From Eledone cirrhosa (Eukaryota), in contig OZ024741.1 of NCBI GenBank assembly GCA_964016885.1, forward strand, positions 177,010,001 to 177,074,000: a stretch of DNA of 64,000 nt, read 5' to 3'. A program made the translations under genes and the position numbers. Below are positions 13,319 through 26,484 of this stretch, in pieces (within the stretch, counting starts at the first letter, position 1; every line of letters starts with the position of its first letter). Below the pieces are notes generated by a model. That model ran no database searches and was not told where the DNA came from. It saw only the letters and a list, made by a program, of their open reading frames with translations.

Positions 13319-14228
13319 TCTACTTATATATATAACCAGCAATTTCTCTGTCTGTCCGACAGTGGAAACACCTGCGTAGAGAGAGAGTGAGAGTGAAAGA
13401 AAGAGACAGACTACGAGAGGGGGAGAGCGGGAGGGCGAGAGGGAGAGAGAGAGAGAGTGAATAGACGCTAAAACACGTGCTACAGAAACATTACCTTCCC
13501 CTCTCCACTGACTTTGGTCACTGAAGCCGAGGGAATCGCTGGTTGCTATAAAGACACCTTGCACAAGCCAGAAGTAACCAGTTCGAGGCGGTTCTGACTT
13601 GACACCATGCAAAGAAGGTTGCCATTGAATTTGTGGTTGTTGCTGCTGATAATAAGGACCATTTGAAGAAGGTTGCTGCTGATGGGGTAATTTATTAATC
13701 AGATTGCGCAGTTCCATAACCTACGTTTGATTTGTTCAATTTTTTTGTTTAATTTTTTTATTTCTTTATTTTTTATTTCTTATTGAAAAAATATAAATAA
13801 TAAATTAAGGTTAGAAATTTAAATACAATTAAATACGATTTAATTTCCATTTCCAGCAGCCAATGTCCAGTGTTCAATTTCATGAACAAATTGGAAATAA
13901 TTCAAAAAATTGAAGTTTAACTTTTGAACATTTGTTTTGAGAATAAAAAAATATTTCATTATTCACACCTAATAGTATGATTAAAATTTCATAGGAATAT
14001 TTTTTTCTAACCGCCAGTTATTTATTTTCTCCTCTTTTTGTTTTAACATATATTTATTTCAAAGATTTCACCGTATAGATAACATATATATTTATACATG
14101 CATAAAAGACACACCGAGAGACGGTGGACATGTGGTGCCGAAAACATTTCTCATCCCAATCTCAACAATATCAGTATATACACTAGATTTGCTAGCAGAA
14201 AACCGCCCACCGGGTGGTTTTCTGCTAG
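13319..14228 (+). mobile_element. Non-autonomous Helitron-like unit
   Basis: Starts A|TCTACTTATATATATAA; ends in a 17-bp-stem hairpin closing on CTAG (14192-14228). Confidence 0.6.
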
Positions 14229-15540
14229 TCTATATATATAAAACAGAGGTTGTCTGTCTGTGTGTCTGTTTCCTAAAACTCGAGAAGTACCCAACCGTTT
14301 TTTTCAAACTTTACACATGTAACCCGTATGGCCCTCGAATTGTTTTGAGCAAAATAAAATTCAAATTATTCTGACCTAGGGATCGAATTAGTGAAGTGGC
14401 CAATGTCTGTTCATAATGAGGGAGTGAGAGGGGAGAGAAAGAAACTGAGAGGCGAAGTGAAGAAGTGGCTCTCTACTCCTCCTCCTCCTTCTCCCCATTC
14501 GTCACAGCGTTTTTCGATAGAGGGGAAAAATGTGAACGAGTTACAGAGAGAAAGAGTGAGAGTGAAAGAAACAGACAGGCTAAAAAAGGCGGATAGCGGG
14601 AGAGAGAGAGAGAGTGACAGACGCCGTCTTTTGAGAGTTGTATGCGTCAAAGATACATGACAGTGGAATAACTATTGCGTGTGTGTGTACGTGCGTGCGT
14701 GTGTGTGTGAGTTTGTGTGCGTTTGCATGCGTGAGTGTGTTTGTGTGCGTGAGTGAGTGACTATAAACTCTCTCACATGGTCTGATGGAATTAACACTTT
14801 AGCATTTACATTACTCTATATATACTATATTATTTTCATGGTAAAGGCTTTATCTCACATAATATAAAAATCTCATAGATTTAATATTATTTATTTTGAG
14901 AACAATACATTAACCCTTTAGTATTAATGTGAGTGTGTTATAAAGAGAGATAGTGAGAGTGAAAAAAACAGACAGACTAAAAGAGGGTGATAGCGGTAGA
15001 GAGAGAGAGACGCTGGAAGAGGGGAAGGAAAGCTGTGTCTTGCTCTCTGCATTACGATACATATATATACACACACACACACTGATCGCATCATAATGAC
15101 GTAAGCAGACAGTCAGACATACAGAGAGATATTATAAGGGCGCAACATTATATCTATGTATCTATCTACAAAGAAAGACTAAGAATTATAGAGATAGATT
15201 GCTAAATCGCATAATGCGGTCCCTAGGGCATTGAAAATTTGAAATATTATTTGCTCAAAACATCCACAGGATCAATAAGTATTACATGTGTGAAGTTTGA
15301 AAACAATCTGTTGGGTGGTTCTCAAGTTTTAGTGAGCTGACAGACAGACAGGCAGACATTCTCTGTTTTAGATATATAGATATATATATATAATTATATT
15401 TTCGTGTAAAGATATTATTGCATATACAATAACAAAATATAAATAAACGTATTTATTTTACGAGGCTCAATAAGGATAAATATATATCAAATATATATGA
15501 ACCCTAGAGCAAATCCCGAGGAACGCCGGGTCATTCTGCT

Positions 15541-15542
<2 letters not shown>
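14229..15542 (+). mobile_element. Non-autonomous Helitron-like unit with internal inverted repeat
   Basis: Starts TCTATATATATAAAAC followed by GTCT repeats, directly after the previous CTAG; diverged inverted repeat ~14230-14375 vs ~15235-15380; ends cccgaggaacgccggg hairpin + CTTG. Confidence 0.6.
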
Positions 15543-15625
<83 letters not shown>

Positions 15626-15667
15626 CGATCGGTGATTGGTATATTGAGGCTACAACCGCGATTTACG

Positions 15668-15756
<89 letters not shown>

Positions 15757-15840
15757 TATATAAAAATATATATCTATATATATGTATCTATATCTATATA
15801 TCTATATACATATATATATATATGTATCTATATCTATATA

Positions 15841-15908
<68 letters not shown>

Positions 15909-16442
15909 AAAGAATAGAGGTGTAACACACAAGTTATTATATATTGGTAAACGGAATAGAAAGTGCTGACAAATTGTTCACAGTGAAAAATAGTTTAATT
16001 AGGAATAAATGAGAATTAGTAATTGTATTGGTTAGTATTCAGTTTTGGTTTAACTTTTACCGGTTGCGCATTTCTAAATGCTTTTCAAAAATAATTTTGT
16101 GATAGAGCGTCTGCGATGTTTGCTCTGATCTGAGTAGTTTTGGGAATTCTACCAGTTTTTATGTTAAAAAAGTGGCTCCAGCGCTATTAAAATTTGTTTT
16201 TACCAATTCGTGTTGCAAAAATTCTTGTGGTCAAAACAATTTTGATTGGTCGGTAGATGTCATGTGAATGTAAAAATTTGATTTTGCACCAAGACTGAGA
16301 AATGACTCTTTCACAACAAATATGTGTGTGTGTTTGTGTGTGTGTGTGTGTTGTAGTAGTAAAGTGTTCGTTGTTGTGATAATGGTTAGCAGGGATGTGT
16401 GTGCAAACCGCAGCCTGTTGACAGTTCAAATTCCTATTAAGA

Positions 16443-16512
<70 letters not shown>

Positions 16513-16532
16513 CGTGTGTGTGTGTGTGTGTA

Positions 16533-16790
16533 TAGCAGAGTAATTCGTGGTAGAGGGATGGTCAGTAAGAATGTGACTGTAAGTGAGTGGGGGATATTTT
16601 AATATGTTAAAATATATTTTTCAGCTCTTGTCTTATACGGAGAAGTGTATGTGTGTGTGTAGCAGAGTAATTCGTGTTAGAGGGATGGTCAGTAGGAATG
16701 TGTCTGTAAGTGAGTGGGGGATATTTTAACATGTTAAAAGATATTTTTCAGCTCATGTCTTATACGGAGAAGTGTGTGTGTGTGTGTGTG
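16533..16790. repeat. Two ~128-bp direct tandem copies separated by (GT)n
   Basis: agcagagtaattcgtg...tatacggagaagtgt starts at 16533 and 16661. Confidence 0.9.
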
Positions 16791-18170
16791 TATAAGTCTC
16801 TTTGTATATTAATATAAACGTGTGTATGTGTGTGTGTATATATGTGTATGTGTGTGTGTGTGTGTGTGAGAGAATGTGTGTGTGGGTGGACCAGTATGTT
16901 TTTCCCTGGTAAAATGGTGTACATTATTCGATATTTTCAGTAAAATCGATTCTCTCAATAGAACATCAAAAACCTTAACAATAAAAGGTGTGAAATGATA
17001 TTCACTATATATATACATATATTCACTATATATATATATTTTTTTTTTTTGTGTTGCACCATAGAACATGTGCGTTTACGTATGTCATTGTGTTTATATG
17101 TGGGTAGAGATGTGTGCTGATGTAGGTATGTATGTTGAAGTGTGTATGTTGTGGCTTCGTCTTAGGGAGAAGTGTTTAGACAGGGTCTGTATTTGTTAAT
17201 AAAGTAAGATTCCTTGCTGATGTGCTGGGTGTGGGTGGCATTATCTTTAAATTTGTAAAGGGGAAAGATTCTGAAGTTGGGATGATTTTGGACGGCACAG
17301 GTATCAATATGTTCACTCAGTGGTATTTTCCTGTATTCCCGTATTTTAATTTGGGATCTATGGACAGTCATGCGTTGGCGGAGGCTGATTTTGGTCTGAC
17401 CTATGTATTGTTCTCGACAACCTGAGCAAGTTAATACATATATTAGATTTTCCGATGCTCATGTGAAATTGTGTTTTACTATAAAACGTTGTCCTTCTTT
17501 GAAATATAATTCCGAACCCTCTATTAGGTTGATGCAAATGCCACAGTTGGGTCTATCGCATTTTTTTACTGTGGTTTCGTTGTTGTGGTTGGCAGTACTT
17601 TGGCATGTGTTAGGATGTTTTTCATTGACTTAGATTGTCTTTTGCTTATTATGATATCATGTGTTCGTAGGATTTGGTTCATTCTATAGTCCTTTTTATG
17701 GTCCTTACTTTAATATGGCCCTTACTTTATTATGGTCCTTAATTTATTAACAAATATGGACCCCATCTAAACACTTCCCCCTAAGACGAACCCACAACAT
17801 ACACACTTCAACATACATACCTACATCAGCACACATCTCTACCCACATATAAATACAATGACAAACGTAAACAATGATGTTCTATGGTGCAACACCAAAC
17901 AAATATATATAGATATATATATATATAGTGAATATATGTATATATATATATATATATATAGTGAATATCATTTCACACCTTTTATTGTTAAGGTTTTTGA
18001 TGTTCTATTGAGAGAATCGATTTTACTGAAAATATTGAATAATGTACACCATTTTAGCAGGGAGAAAAATACTGGTCAACCCACACACACACACACACAC
18101 ACATATATACACACACACATACACACGCGTATATTAACATACAAAGAGACTTATAGACTCACACACACAC
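16790..18170 (-). mobile_element. PLE 3' fragment with inverted 3'-end copy
   Basis: Arms ~16790-17210 and ~17735-18170 flank a GIY-YIG coding remnant. Confidence 0.88.
17162..17690 (-). pseudogene. GIY-YIG endonuclease with upstream Cys motif (Neptune-like linker)
   Basis: KCDRPNCGIC...SENLIYVLTCSGCREQYIGQTKISLRQRMTVHRSQI...KESYFINKYRPCLN; one in-frame stop. Confidence 0.88.
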
Positions 18171-18241
18171 ACATTCTCATTTATTCCTAATTAAACTATT
18201 TTTCACTGTGAACAATTTGTCAGCATTTTCTATTCCGTTTA

Positions 18242-18304
<63 letters not shown>

Positions 18305-18547
18305 GGTGCAAATCGAGGTTGTAACCGCAATATACCAATCAACGAGGCAGTCACAGAGGGCTCAATGGTGCGACAAGTTTCTACTTCATCCTCCCTTGAA
18401 TCTACTTATATCTCCCTATATATATGTGTGTGTGTGTGTCGGTACGTATATGTGTATATATATATATATATACATACAGACACAAACACACACAAACACA
18501 GACACATATACCTCACGCATACATACACACGCATTCAGGCACGCACG

Positions 18548-18580
<33 letters not shown>

Positions 18581-18793
18581 CCACACACACATATATTGTG
18601 TACGGGTTTGTTTAATTTTCTGAAATCTGAAGTTGAAATGCATATGTTTAAATGCATGTGTTCTTGTAAAAAATTATATCAGAGCTACTTGGTATATATG
18701 TTTTAGTGTATGTTTCGAATTTCACTTGTTTAGCAATGTTTTAACTGGTTTATTAATATCAATCAATTTACCATCGGTAGTTTTTTTCATACA

Positions 18794-18950
18794 TTATTAT
18801 TCTTTGGGAGGGTCATGCTGCCAATGGAAACACACACACACTTGTTCGTTTCACTTCAATATATTACACATTTCCATTTGGTTGGTGTATTTGTTTATTG
18901 GCAAAGTATAACAACATCTGTTTGAACATGCATTTTCAGATAAGAAATAC
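18794..18950 (+). mobile_element. Decayed family A-related mini fold-back
   Basis: tttgggagggtcatgctgccaat ... aaagtataacaa + tail gtttgaacatgcattttcagataag. Confidence 0.6.
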
Positions 18951-19199
18951 AAAGTCGCAGATTTTTATCTAGTTTTTTTTTGTTAACGACTTTAGAGATG
19001 AAAGATGTATATGAATTATAGTTCGGAGTATATATGTCAACGAGGACCTCCAATTTAATCAGGTTTTTGAAAAATATTTAATAGCAAAGTTCAATCGCAA
19101 ATACTCTTGTATCTAGTTGTCTAGTGGCAACATAAAGTCCCAGGCACTTCCGGACTAGGGGGTAATTATTTTAGAAATATTATTTTATATGGATATAGT

Positions 19200-19374
19200 C
19201 GGGGGATTGGCAGAATCGGTAGAGCCTTGGACACCATAGAGTTATGGCCCTTTGCGGTCTGAGTTCAAATTAATCGCGGAGGACAACTTTGCCTTTCATC
19301 CTTACGGGATAGATAAACTAAAGTACCTCTAATGCACTGGGGTAGTTGCTGGCCTTGTGCCAACAGTAGAAACA
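19200..19374 (+). mobile_element. tRNA-derived SINE
   Basis: Same family as 35366-35550, more diverged. Confidence 0.88.
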
Positions 19375-19981
19375 ATTATTTTATCTGTGCGATGTCTCAA
19401 CCCATAGAGAACAATTTTTAATTTACAACGGAGCTATTCTAAAAAGAAGCGATATTACTCCTTTTAACAGTCTGTTAAGTATGAAAACGTTCTAAAAAAT
19501 CCAGTTCCCTAGCTAAATTAATTTGGTGTTTAAAAAATGATAACATTTTATACTACCTACGTAAACCTAAACAGGGTGTAGAGTGAAATTAAATGTGGTC
19601 TGTGTTTAAGTATAGTGCTGGAAATCATTTTTTCTAAATGTATCTTACTTAGTTTGAAACAGAAAATAACATTTCGTGATGACATCGTGCATTTTATTCA
19701 TTCCTTTACAAACATATTGACATAACACCCATACTACCTATATTGAAGTATATCATCAACACTTAGACATTTTTATACCTAACTAGTACTTTAAATAATT
19801 TTTAAAACGTTACCTCTCTTATATATTAATCATAATTGTTAACGAACATCGTTTGACTTCCTATGCCTTATATTGTTTTTAAAGTATTTATTTTAAAATT
19901 TCATAAATTCGTTAAAATTTGAAATTTTATAATGCGCAATAATGAAACAAATGATCCTCAAATCTTAAATATTTACATTAA

Positions 19982-20378
19982 CTAGCAGAAAAAACCACTC
20001 TTCGGGTGGTTTTTATGCTGGCATGTGTAGTGTGTATGTTGATATTATACGCAAGTATATAAGCATGTAGATATTATACATCAAATAAAATTGTAATTGA
20101 CAATATACACAGAAATTGAACGAAAACTGTGTTACACTCTTTTATGTAATCAATAACGTAATCCATGATACATTAAAAAAATACGATATTATATATCTGC
20201 TAGCATGTGTAGTGTGTATATTGATAGTATACGCAAGTATATATGCATGTAGATATGATCAAATAAAATCGTAATTAACAATATACATAGAAATTGAACG
20301 GAAACTGTGTTAAACTGCCTTATGTAATAAGTAACGTAGTCCATGATACATAAAAAACAGACGATATTATATATAAAC
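19982..20378 (-). mobile_element. Helitron-like 3' hairpin end plus ~182-bp tandem duplication
   Basis: CTAG-hairpin at 19982-20020 matches 14192-14228 and 62208-62246; units 20017-20198 and 20199-20378. Confidence 0.6.
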
Positions 20379-20393
20379 GATATTATTATAAAG

Positions 20394-20559
20394 CCGGTGA
20401 ATTGGTAGTATTGGTAGAGGGTCGGACACCATGATTTGACGCATAGTGTTACGGCCCTTGCCATTCTGAGTTCAAATCCCGCCGAGGTTAACGGGGTCGA
20501 TAAAATAAATACCAGTAATGTACTGGTTAATTGCTGGCCTTGTGCCAATAGTAGAAACA
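20394..20559 (+). mobile_element. tRNA-derived SINE with core deletion
   Basis: Same head and tail as the other copies; lacks gactttgcctttcatcctt. Confidence 0.88.
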
Positions 20560-21499
20560 ATTATATATAAACTGCATTAGGAGAAAATTAGTGACAGAAA
20601 TATATGAATATTTATTTAAACGATCACTAACCGGAAGTGTTGACATTTGAAAATGTTAAAGAATTGAATCTTTAAATAAGTAATAACATATATTTAAAGT
20701 AATCCAACTTATTTTACTAAGGGGATGAAAAAGTATAACCGTACGCAGTCCCGCGCTTCTTACTTTATTATAGTTTAGATTTCTTTATTCAATGCTATCC
20801 TTAATGCGTTGTTATACCACAACGTAATAAATGTAATGCGATCCTTGGTTTTATATTATTATTCTAAGACATCGTTCATGCCTGTTGGTTGATAGCATTC
20901 ATTTCGATTAATCGCTGTATTTTCTTCAGTTTATTCTTATACCCTTTAACTTTAACTTTTCATAATGTTTTTCATTTTTAAGTATTCCTCTTTAGAATTC
21001 ATTCTGCAGTTACTACTATATCACACCCCTACGTATGTTCGGTTCCCAGCTCTATATTTAGTGCAGATTATCTATCTTGTATCATAATAGTTTAGTTGTT
21101 GAATTATTTTAAGTTACTGACAAACACTCCTAAAATGATTCTTAACTTGAGAGATTACCTTTCTACGCTCTTATAGATTATCAGTCCTCATAACGTGTTT
21201 TGAAACGACAGATGTAAATGTGACTACATGTAAAGTTGCAGTTAAGAAGCAAACGTGCGCTGTAATACTTCTACACGTGGTTCTCACACCAACAATGCAG
21301 TACATCTAAACAGTGTTAATAACTACCTCTGTTTCTTTAAACTACATTAGTTTCCTACAGATATATTCACTTATGTTTGTTATATTTGTTATGGACAATT
21401 CTTCGGATATAGACTGTATGTCATTCCGTATGGGATTAGTGGAACCAATGTAAATCGATAAAAATAATTAATGCACAAATACATGGTTCATTATTCAAT

Positions 21500-22130
21500 A
21501 GTTGTATATATGCCGTTTTTATTTGCGATTGTATATGTTCGGTCATTACCCAAGATATATGACCATATTTATGGGTTGGCATGAATACCCAATTGAAGAA
21601 AGCATGTTTGGCTTTTACACCTACCTCCATTCTGAATATCGAATGCAGAAGTTGGCGCCTTACTATAGCAGGTCCTGACTTCCATCTCTTGTGATACCCG
21701 AATCATATCTTGTGGGTTCCGAGATACATGAACGTCTCCACTTACTTCAGTGAACTCCTTTCACATGTGAAGTGTACAGCGAATGCTTCCTACTAGTGTC
21801 CATTCTTCGTAGTGACGATTTTTATTCCAGCCATGCAGCACTCGGCATAACACCTATCAGGTCTATATCAGAAATCACCTTTTGGCGAGCCAGCGCATTT
21901 CAGGCGACTGATCTTACATCATCCAGACTTGATACTACTCCCAACCCAGCTGCGCATGTCAATCGGTTTCATGTAAATAATGAACAGAGTAGATGAAAGT
22001 ACGCACCGTTGGTGTTGTCCGACTCCAGCATTGAGAGCATTCATATAGATGCATCAGGGCAAGACGTTGCTTGCTATCGATCACATACTGTGCAGAGCTT
22101 TACGCAGTACGTCCTGTAGAACGGGATCAT
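21500..22130 (-). pseudogene. Decayed RTE-clade LINE reverse transcriptase
   Basis: GVGQHQRCVLSSTLFIIYM (QG..LSP motif), VETFMYLG, FMPTHKYGHISWVMTEHIQSQI. Confidence 0.7.
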
Positions 22131-22811
22131 ATGTTTTTTAAATGTCTACAAATTAAGAATATACTTCATAGCAGAAATCCAACAATTTCTCAAAGACCAG
22201 TCGCAATGTGAATATTTGATCACACTGTTCATATGCTAACTTGGAGCTATCAATCTCCCTCCATCATTTTGTCAGACATTTAGCATAGAATTTGCTTACC
22301 AAGACATCCATCTATAATTGAAGCCATCTCTCTAGGCTCCCTTTTTGAAATTTGAATTATCACATTGCTTTGGCCCCGTTTATACCTAACAGGTCAGTTT
22401 CAATATTTTCCTATTCTCTTTCTTTTTCTGTTCCACACTTACACAATACAGTAAACTTACATGCTACTCTACTGCATTCCATAATAAATATAATCATTTC
22501 TATATTATATATTACCACATAATGCCATACATCTAATTCAGTGCACACATACTACCCGTGTACATCTACTATCCTATTTCATATCTTCGAGTTATCTCCC
22601 ATTGTTTTAATAGTGGTTTTGCAAACTGGAGTTTTCGTACGTTATATTTTAAACGTATCTCGTCTGAATATTCGGTCACAATGTTATCCTTCTTACATTT
22701 TGAGATATCATCAATATTAGGATTTGCAACCATAGGTAGTGATTTTTCCGTCTTTGAACATAAATAAATAATATGACATAGCTCTCTGTCCGATAGAGTA
22801 TTGTAGTGTTT

Positions 22812-22941
22812 TTTAAGCTTCAAATCTTGTTTCCCTATTTTATCTGATTAGTATGCAAATATCGTCCCATGATGATATTTGTTTTTCAAATACGCATAAT
22901 AAAATACATGGAACTCTATTAACGATCTTTTGATGTGATAT

Positions 22942-22945
<4 letters not shown>
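22812..22945 (+). mobile_element. Decayed copy of the 45341-45755 arm (HHR region), possibly the inverted cap of an old PLE to its left
   Basis: Aligns by eye with 45539-45669 and ends at the same point, just before (TA)n. Confidence 0.75.
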
Positions 22946-23018
<73 letters not shown>

Positions 23019-23579
23019 AGAGAGAGAGAGAGAGAGAGAGAGAGGTAGAACACTGGAAGGTAATATCCGTAGTGGTAGAGCACTCAGTCCATGGGGCGAG
23101 TTAGGTAGAAGTGGTTACACAACAGTTAGTTCACCATACCGAGAACAATTGTTTCATCTTAGCGGATCCTCAGACCGTAATGGACATGGTTAAACGGAAT
23201 ATATATAATAGTTTGTCCTTCTATCTGTGTATTCTTTATGCATTCCCGAACGGATCAACCAATTCAAATCAAATTCTACAAGGTAATAGAATTAAACACA
23301 TAAAGTGTCATCATATATTTTCTGTTGATATCATAACATTTCAGAAGAAAAACATCCCGGGTATGCAAACCAACCTGACTGCTATTTCTAGCAGGCTGTA
23401 AATCAGCGTTGATCATTTTTAGCAGCCATCCTCTTTGATTTGAACGCTGGTTTACACACACTCACACACATTTACACACATGCACGCGTACGTGCGCATA
23501 CACACACATTTATATACAATCATCTATATATAATTATCTATATCTATATACAATTATCTATATATATATATATATTTAT

Positions 23580-24118
23580 CTATATCTGTATATAATATAA
23601 AATATTGGAACTTCCATCATTCTTTTGAGAAACGTGGACCTGCATCTTCTAGATGTCACACTGTTCATATGCTATTCTTGAGGGCAATCATCAAGGAGAA
23701 AGTGCATTTATTCTCATGATTCCTCTTATCACTTCCCCTACTGAGCCGCCTTTCACATTCGCAAGACTTCAGTTACCTGTTAGAGTCAGTTTTGCTCTGA
23801 CCGTAAATAATGCTCTCGTCCAGAGTGTCAAAGTTGTAGGATTGAATATGACATAATCGGTTTTTACGTATGGTCGGTTGTATCTAGGTTGTTCAAGAGT
23901 AGGAAGATCTAGAAATCTTAATATACTACTTACGAACAATAAAACGAAGAAGTTTGTGTAGCTGGAATATATTTTACTGTTTTATTCGTTTTTGTCACAG
24001 ACACCACAGTCTCGCCTCGTACTGTACAACAAACAAACACCCAATACAGTCATGTTATCTTCTACCTGTCTTCTCTTATCACCTATTTACGCCGGCTAAG
24101 CTTGGTACATCTGCTATT
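23580..24118 (+). mobile_element. Non-autonomous Helitron retaining a Pif1 helicase C-terminal remnant
   Basis: FTFARLQLPVRVSFALTVN..QSVKVVGL..VFTYGRLYLGCSRVG; both ends similar to 33654-34015. Confidence 0.85.
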
Positions 24119-24167
24119 ATCTATATATTACTAAATGTCTGTGATTGCTTGCTTGCTGTAATATACT

Positions 24168-24354
24168 TGTTTCTACTTTTGACACAAGGCCAGCACTTGC
24201 CCAGTGTATTACTGGTACTTTCTTTTATCGACCCTGTAAGGATGAAAGGTAAAGTTAACCTCAGCGGTATTTGAACTCAGACCATAAAGGGACGTAACTC
24301 TTTGATCCAAAGCATGGCGTCCCACCCTCTACCGATTCTGCCAAATCCACCGCC
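24168..24354 (-). mobile_element. tRNA-derived SINE
   Basis: Same family as 35366-35550. Confidence 0.88.
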
Positions 24355-24355
24355 C

Positions 24356-25022
24356 TTGTCTGCAACATAATACAGCAAAAACGGCGCATAAGTGGAAAAT
24401 ATGTAGAAAGCAAATCGCCCCTGAAATGGGAATACAGATGGAATAAAACAAGTTTCGCGTAAATCGAAGCACGGGTTCCAGAAATAGCCGTCGAAATGGC
24501 TTAAGCTCTGCGGTTGGAGTCAAACATTTTCCTATTACCGACTCTACTACCCTAAGTATTGAGTACTCTGGTACGTTATGGTCCATTTGGTTCATTACCA
24601 CACCTACTTCGTTATATATATATATTTATATGTGTGTGTGCGTGTCTGTGATCTATATACACTGGTCATATATACACACACACTCACATAGATATGTAGA
24701 GAACAAGAACAGCAGCTCTCTCTCTCTCTCTCTGCCTTTCTCTTTATCTCTCTCTCTCTCTCACTTCTATCCGTCTCCTGCCTCCTCTCCTTCTCTCTTT
24801 GTCTCTCTTTCAATCTACTCTCTCACATATACTATCTCTTTCTCTCTATCCTTCTATCTCTGTGTTTATGAAGGTACCAAGAAAACACCATATCTCTGGA
24901 ACCCGTTCTTCGATTTACGCGAAACCTGTTTTATTCCATCCGTATTCCCATTTCAGGGGCAACTTGCTTTCTAAATATTTTCCCATTATGCGCCCTTTTG
25001 TCTGTATTATATTACAGACAAG
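24356..25022. repeat. ~130-bp inverted repeat pair (MITE-like) enclosing a family D tail fragment (24477-24612) and microsatellites
   Basis: 24356-24485 is the reverse complement of ~24893-25022. Confidence 0.75.
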
Positions 25023-26484
25023 CAAGCAAGTATATATACATACACGTATGAATATGGGCCTTCCAGTTTCATTTCACATTATTTACATACCTATTTTTAT
25101 TATATAAAAATTATTTTTAAGTGAACATGATTTAAAAAAAATATTTTGAAGTGAACGTGACGGCTGGTCTAGTATTATATATAAACCAGCAGATGTGTCA
25201 CTAATACCCTGGTATATTATGGATTTTGCAATATATTATATTTTGGCACACATTACGATATATTTGGCCGAGAAAATAGGATTACTGTTTATCTTCCCTG
25301 AAGCTGGCAATGCCTCAGAACCTTATCTATTACTAGTCAAATGGGGGCAATAATATAACAGTATCTTTTGTTTCCAACGTTGTCGTATAATAAATAATCT
25401 ATTTGCGAGAAATCCAGAATCTATCCTTGAAATGACAGCATTTACTGAATTTCATATGTTCAACCTGATAGGCCCTATGTCCGCTCTGCTCTGAAAGATA
25501 TACTACAAAAGGCCGTCTTGTATTAGTGAATCTACTGAAATATCATGGTTCTGAGGAACAGATTTGTCGGAAATTGGGGAGACCCTTGTATTGTGCCTCT
25601 TTAACTGCATCCACATAGTGTTCCTCCTACCGTTTGTTTAATACTACATTGTACACAGGCTTTGTTCATTTTTGATAAGATTTGTGGATTGCAGCCAGCT
25701 GTAGTACTTTTGGTGTTCATTGAAGAAAACCCCAATACACATTCGTATTTCGTGTGGTTCGTGTTTCTGCTGGGATTACAGAACAGTGCCTTAATCGCGT
25801 TTCACGGATTTTGATGGCGTTTCTTAGTTTGATTTGTTATCGTGCATCAGTGATCCTGTATCTGCTTTCATCTATATGATACTGTCTGTCTACAACTAAT
25901 TCATTTACTCGTATCAAAGGATTTTGCATTTTGCTATCAGCTAGACGGTCCCGTAGAGCTTCTTTACACTCTTTAGACGATGTTCTTCGTTTTTGTGGCA
26001 TCGGAAGAGGGCCTTCCATATAAAGAACTAAAATATTTCAGAGGTATTGTAAGTTATATGAATCATCACACTTATTCTAACATTCAAACGGCCATTAAAT
26101 ATATAGGATATAACATACAGAATATATATAGTTTTGCATCTTCATGTAGTAACACAAACAAACACATGCACACACACATCGCCTCTTTATTTTCATTCGT
26201 CTCACTATCACTTTCTCTTGCCATTCTATACTCTCCGATCCTCTTTTTCTTTCTTCCTCTCAGTCATTTACTGTTTGAAGAAGAAAACTCCAATAGATAA
26301 TGGCCAGATTGTTTTGGGGGTGAACGCGGGAAATAAATAGATTTTAATCTAATACATCAAAGTAAAAACTACCAATATTTGTCCTCTGGGATAATGAATA
26401 ATGATATATATATTCAGTAGGTATTGGTTCTATAATTTCTGAGTATAGCCCGCTCAGATACAAACAAGTTTCTTTTATATTATA

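Larger units (their letters stand above)
15628..18415. mobile_element. Outer fold-back PLE-type element enclosing a second PLE
   Basis: 15943-16017 is inverted at 18173-18247 and 15630-15670 at 18302-18343; minus strand near 16030-16065 reads KVKPKLNT. Confidence 0.6.

Noticed and set aside
17990-18030. Possible HHR in the inner PLE arm (ttgatgt-tct-attg-aga-gaatcgatt)
   Set aside because: Both arms carry the same multiple core mismatches, so it is not supportable.
25200-26060. Coding-like minus-strand stretch
   Set aside because: Broken frames and no recognisable domain.
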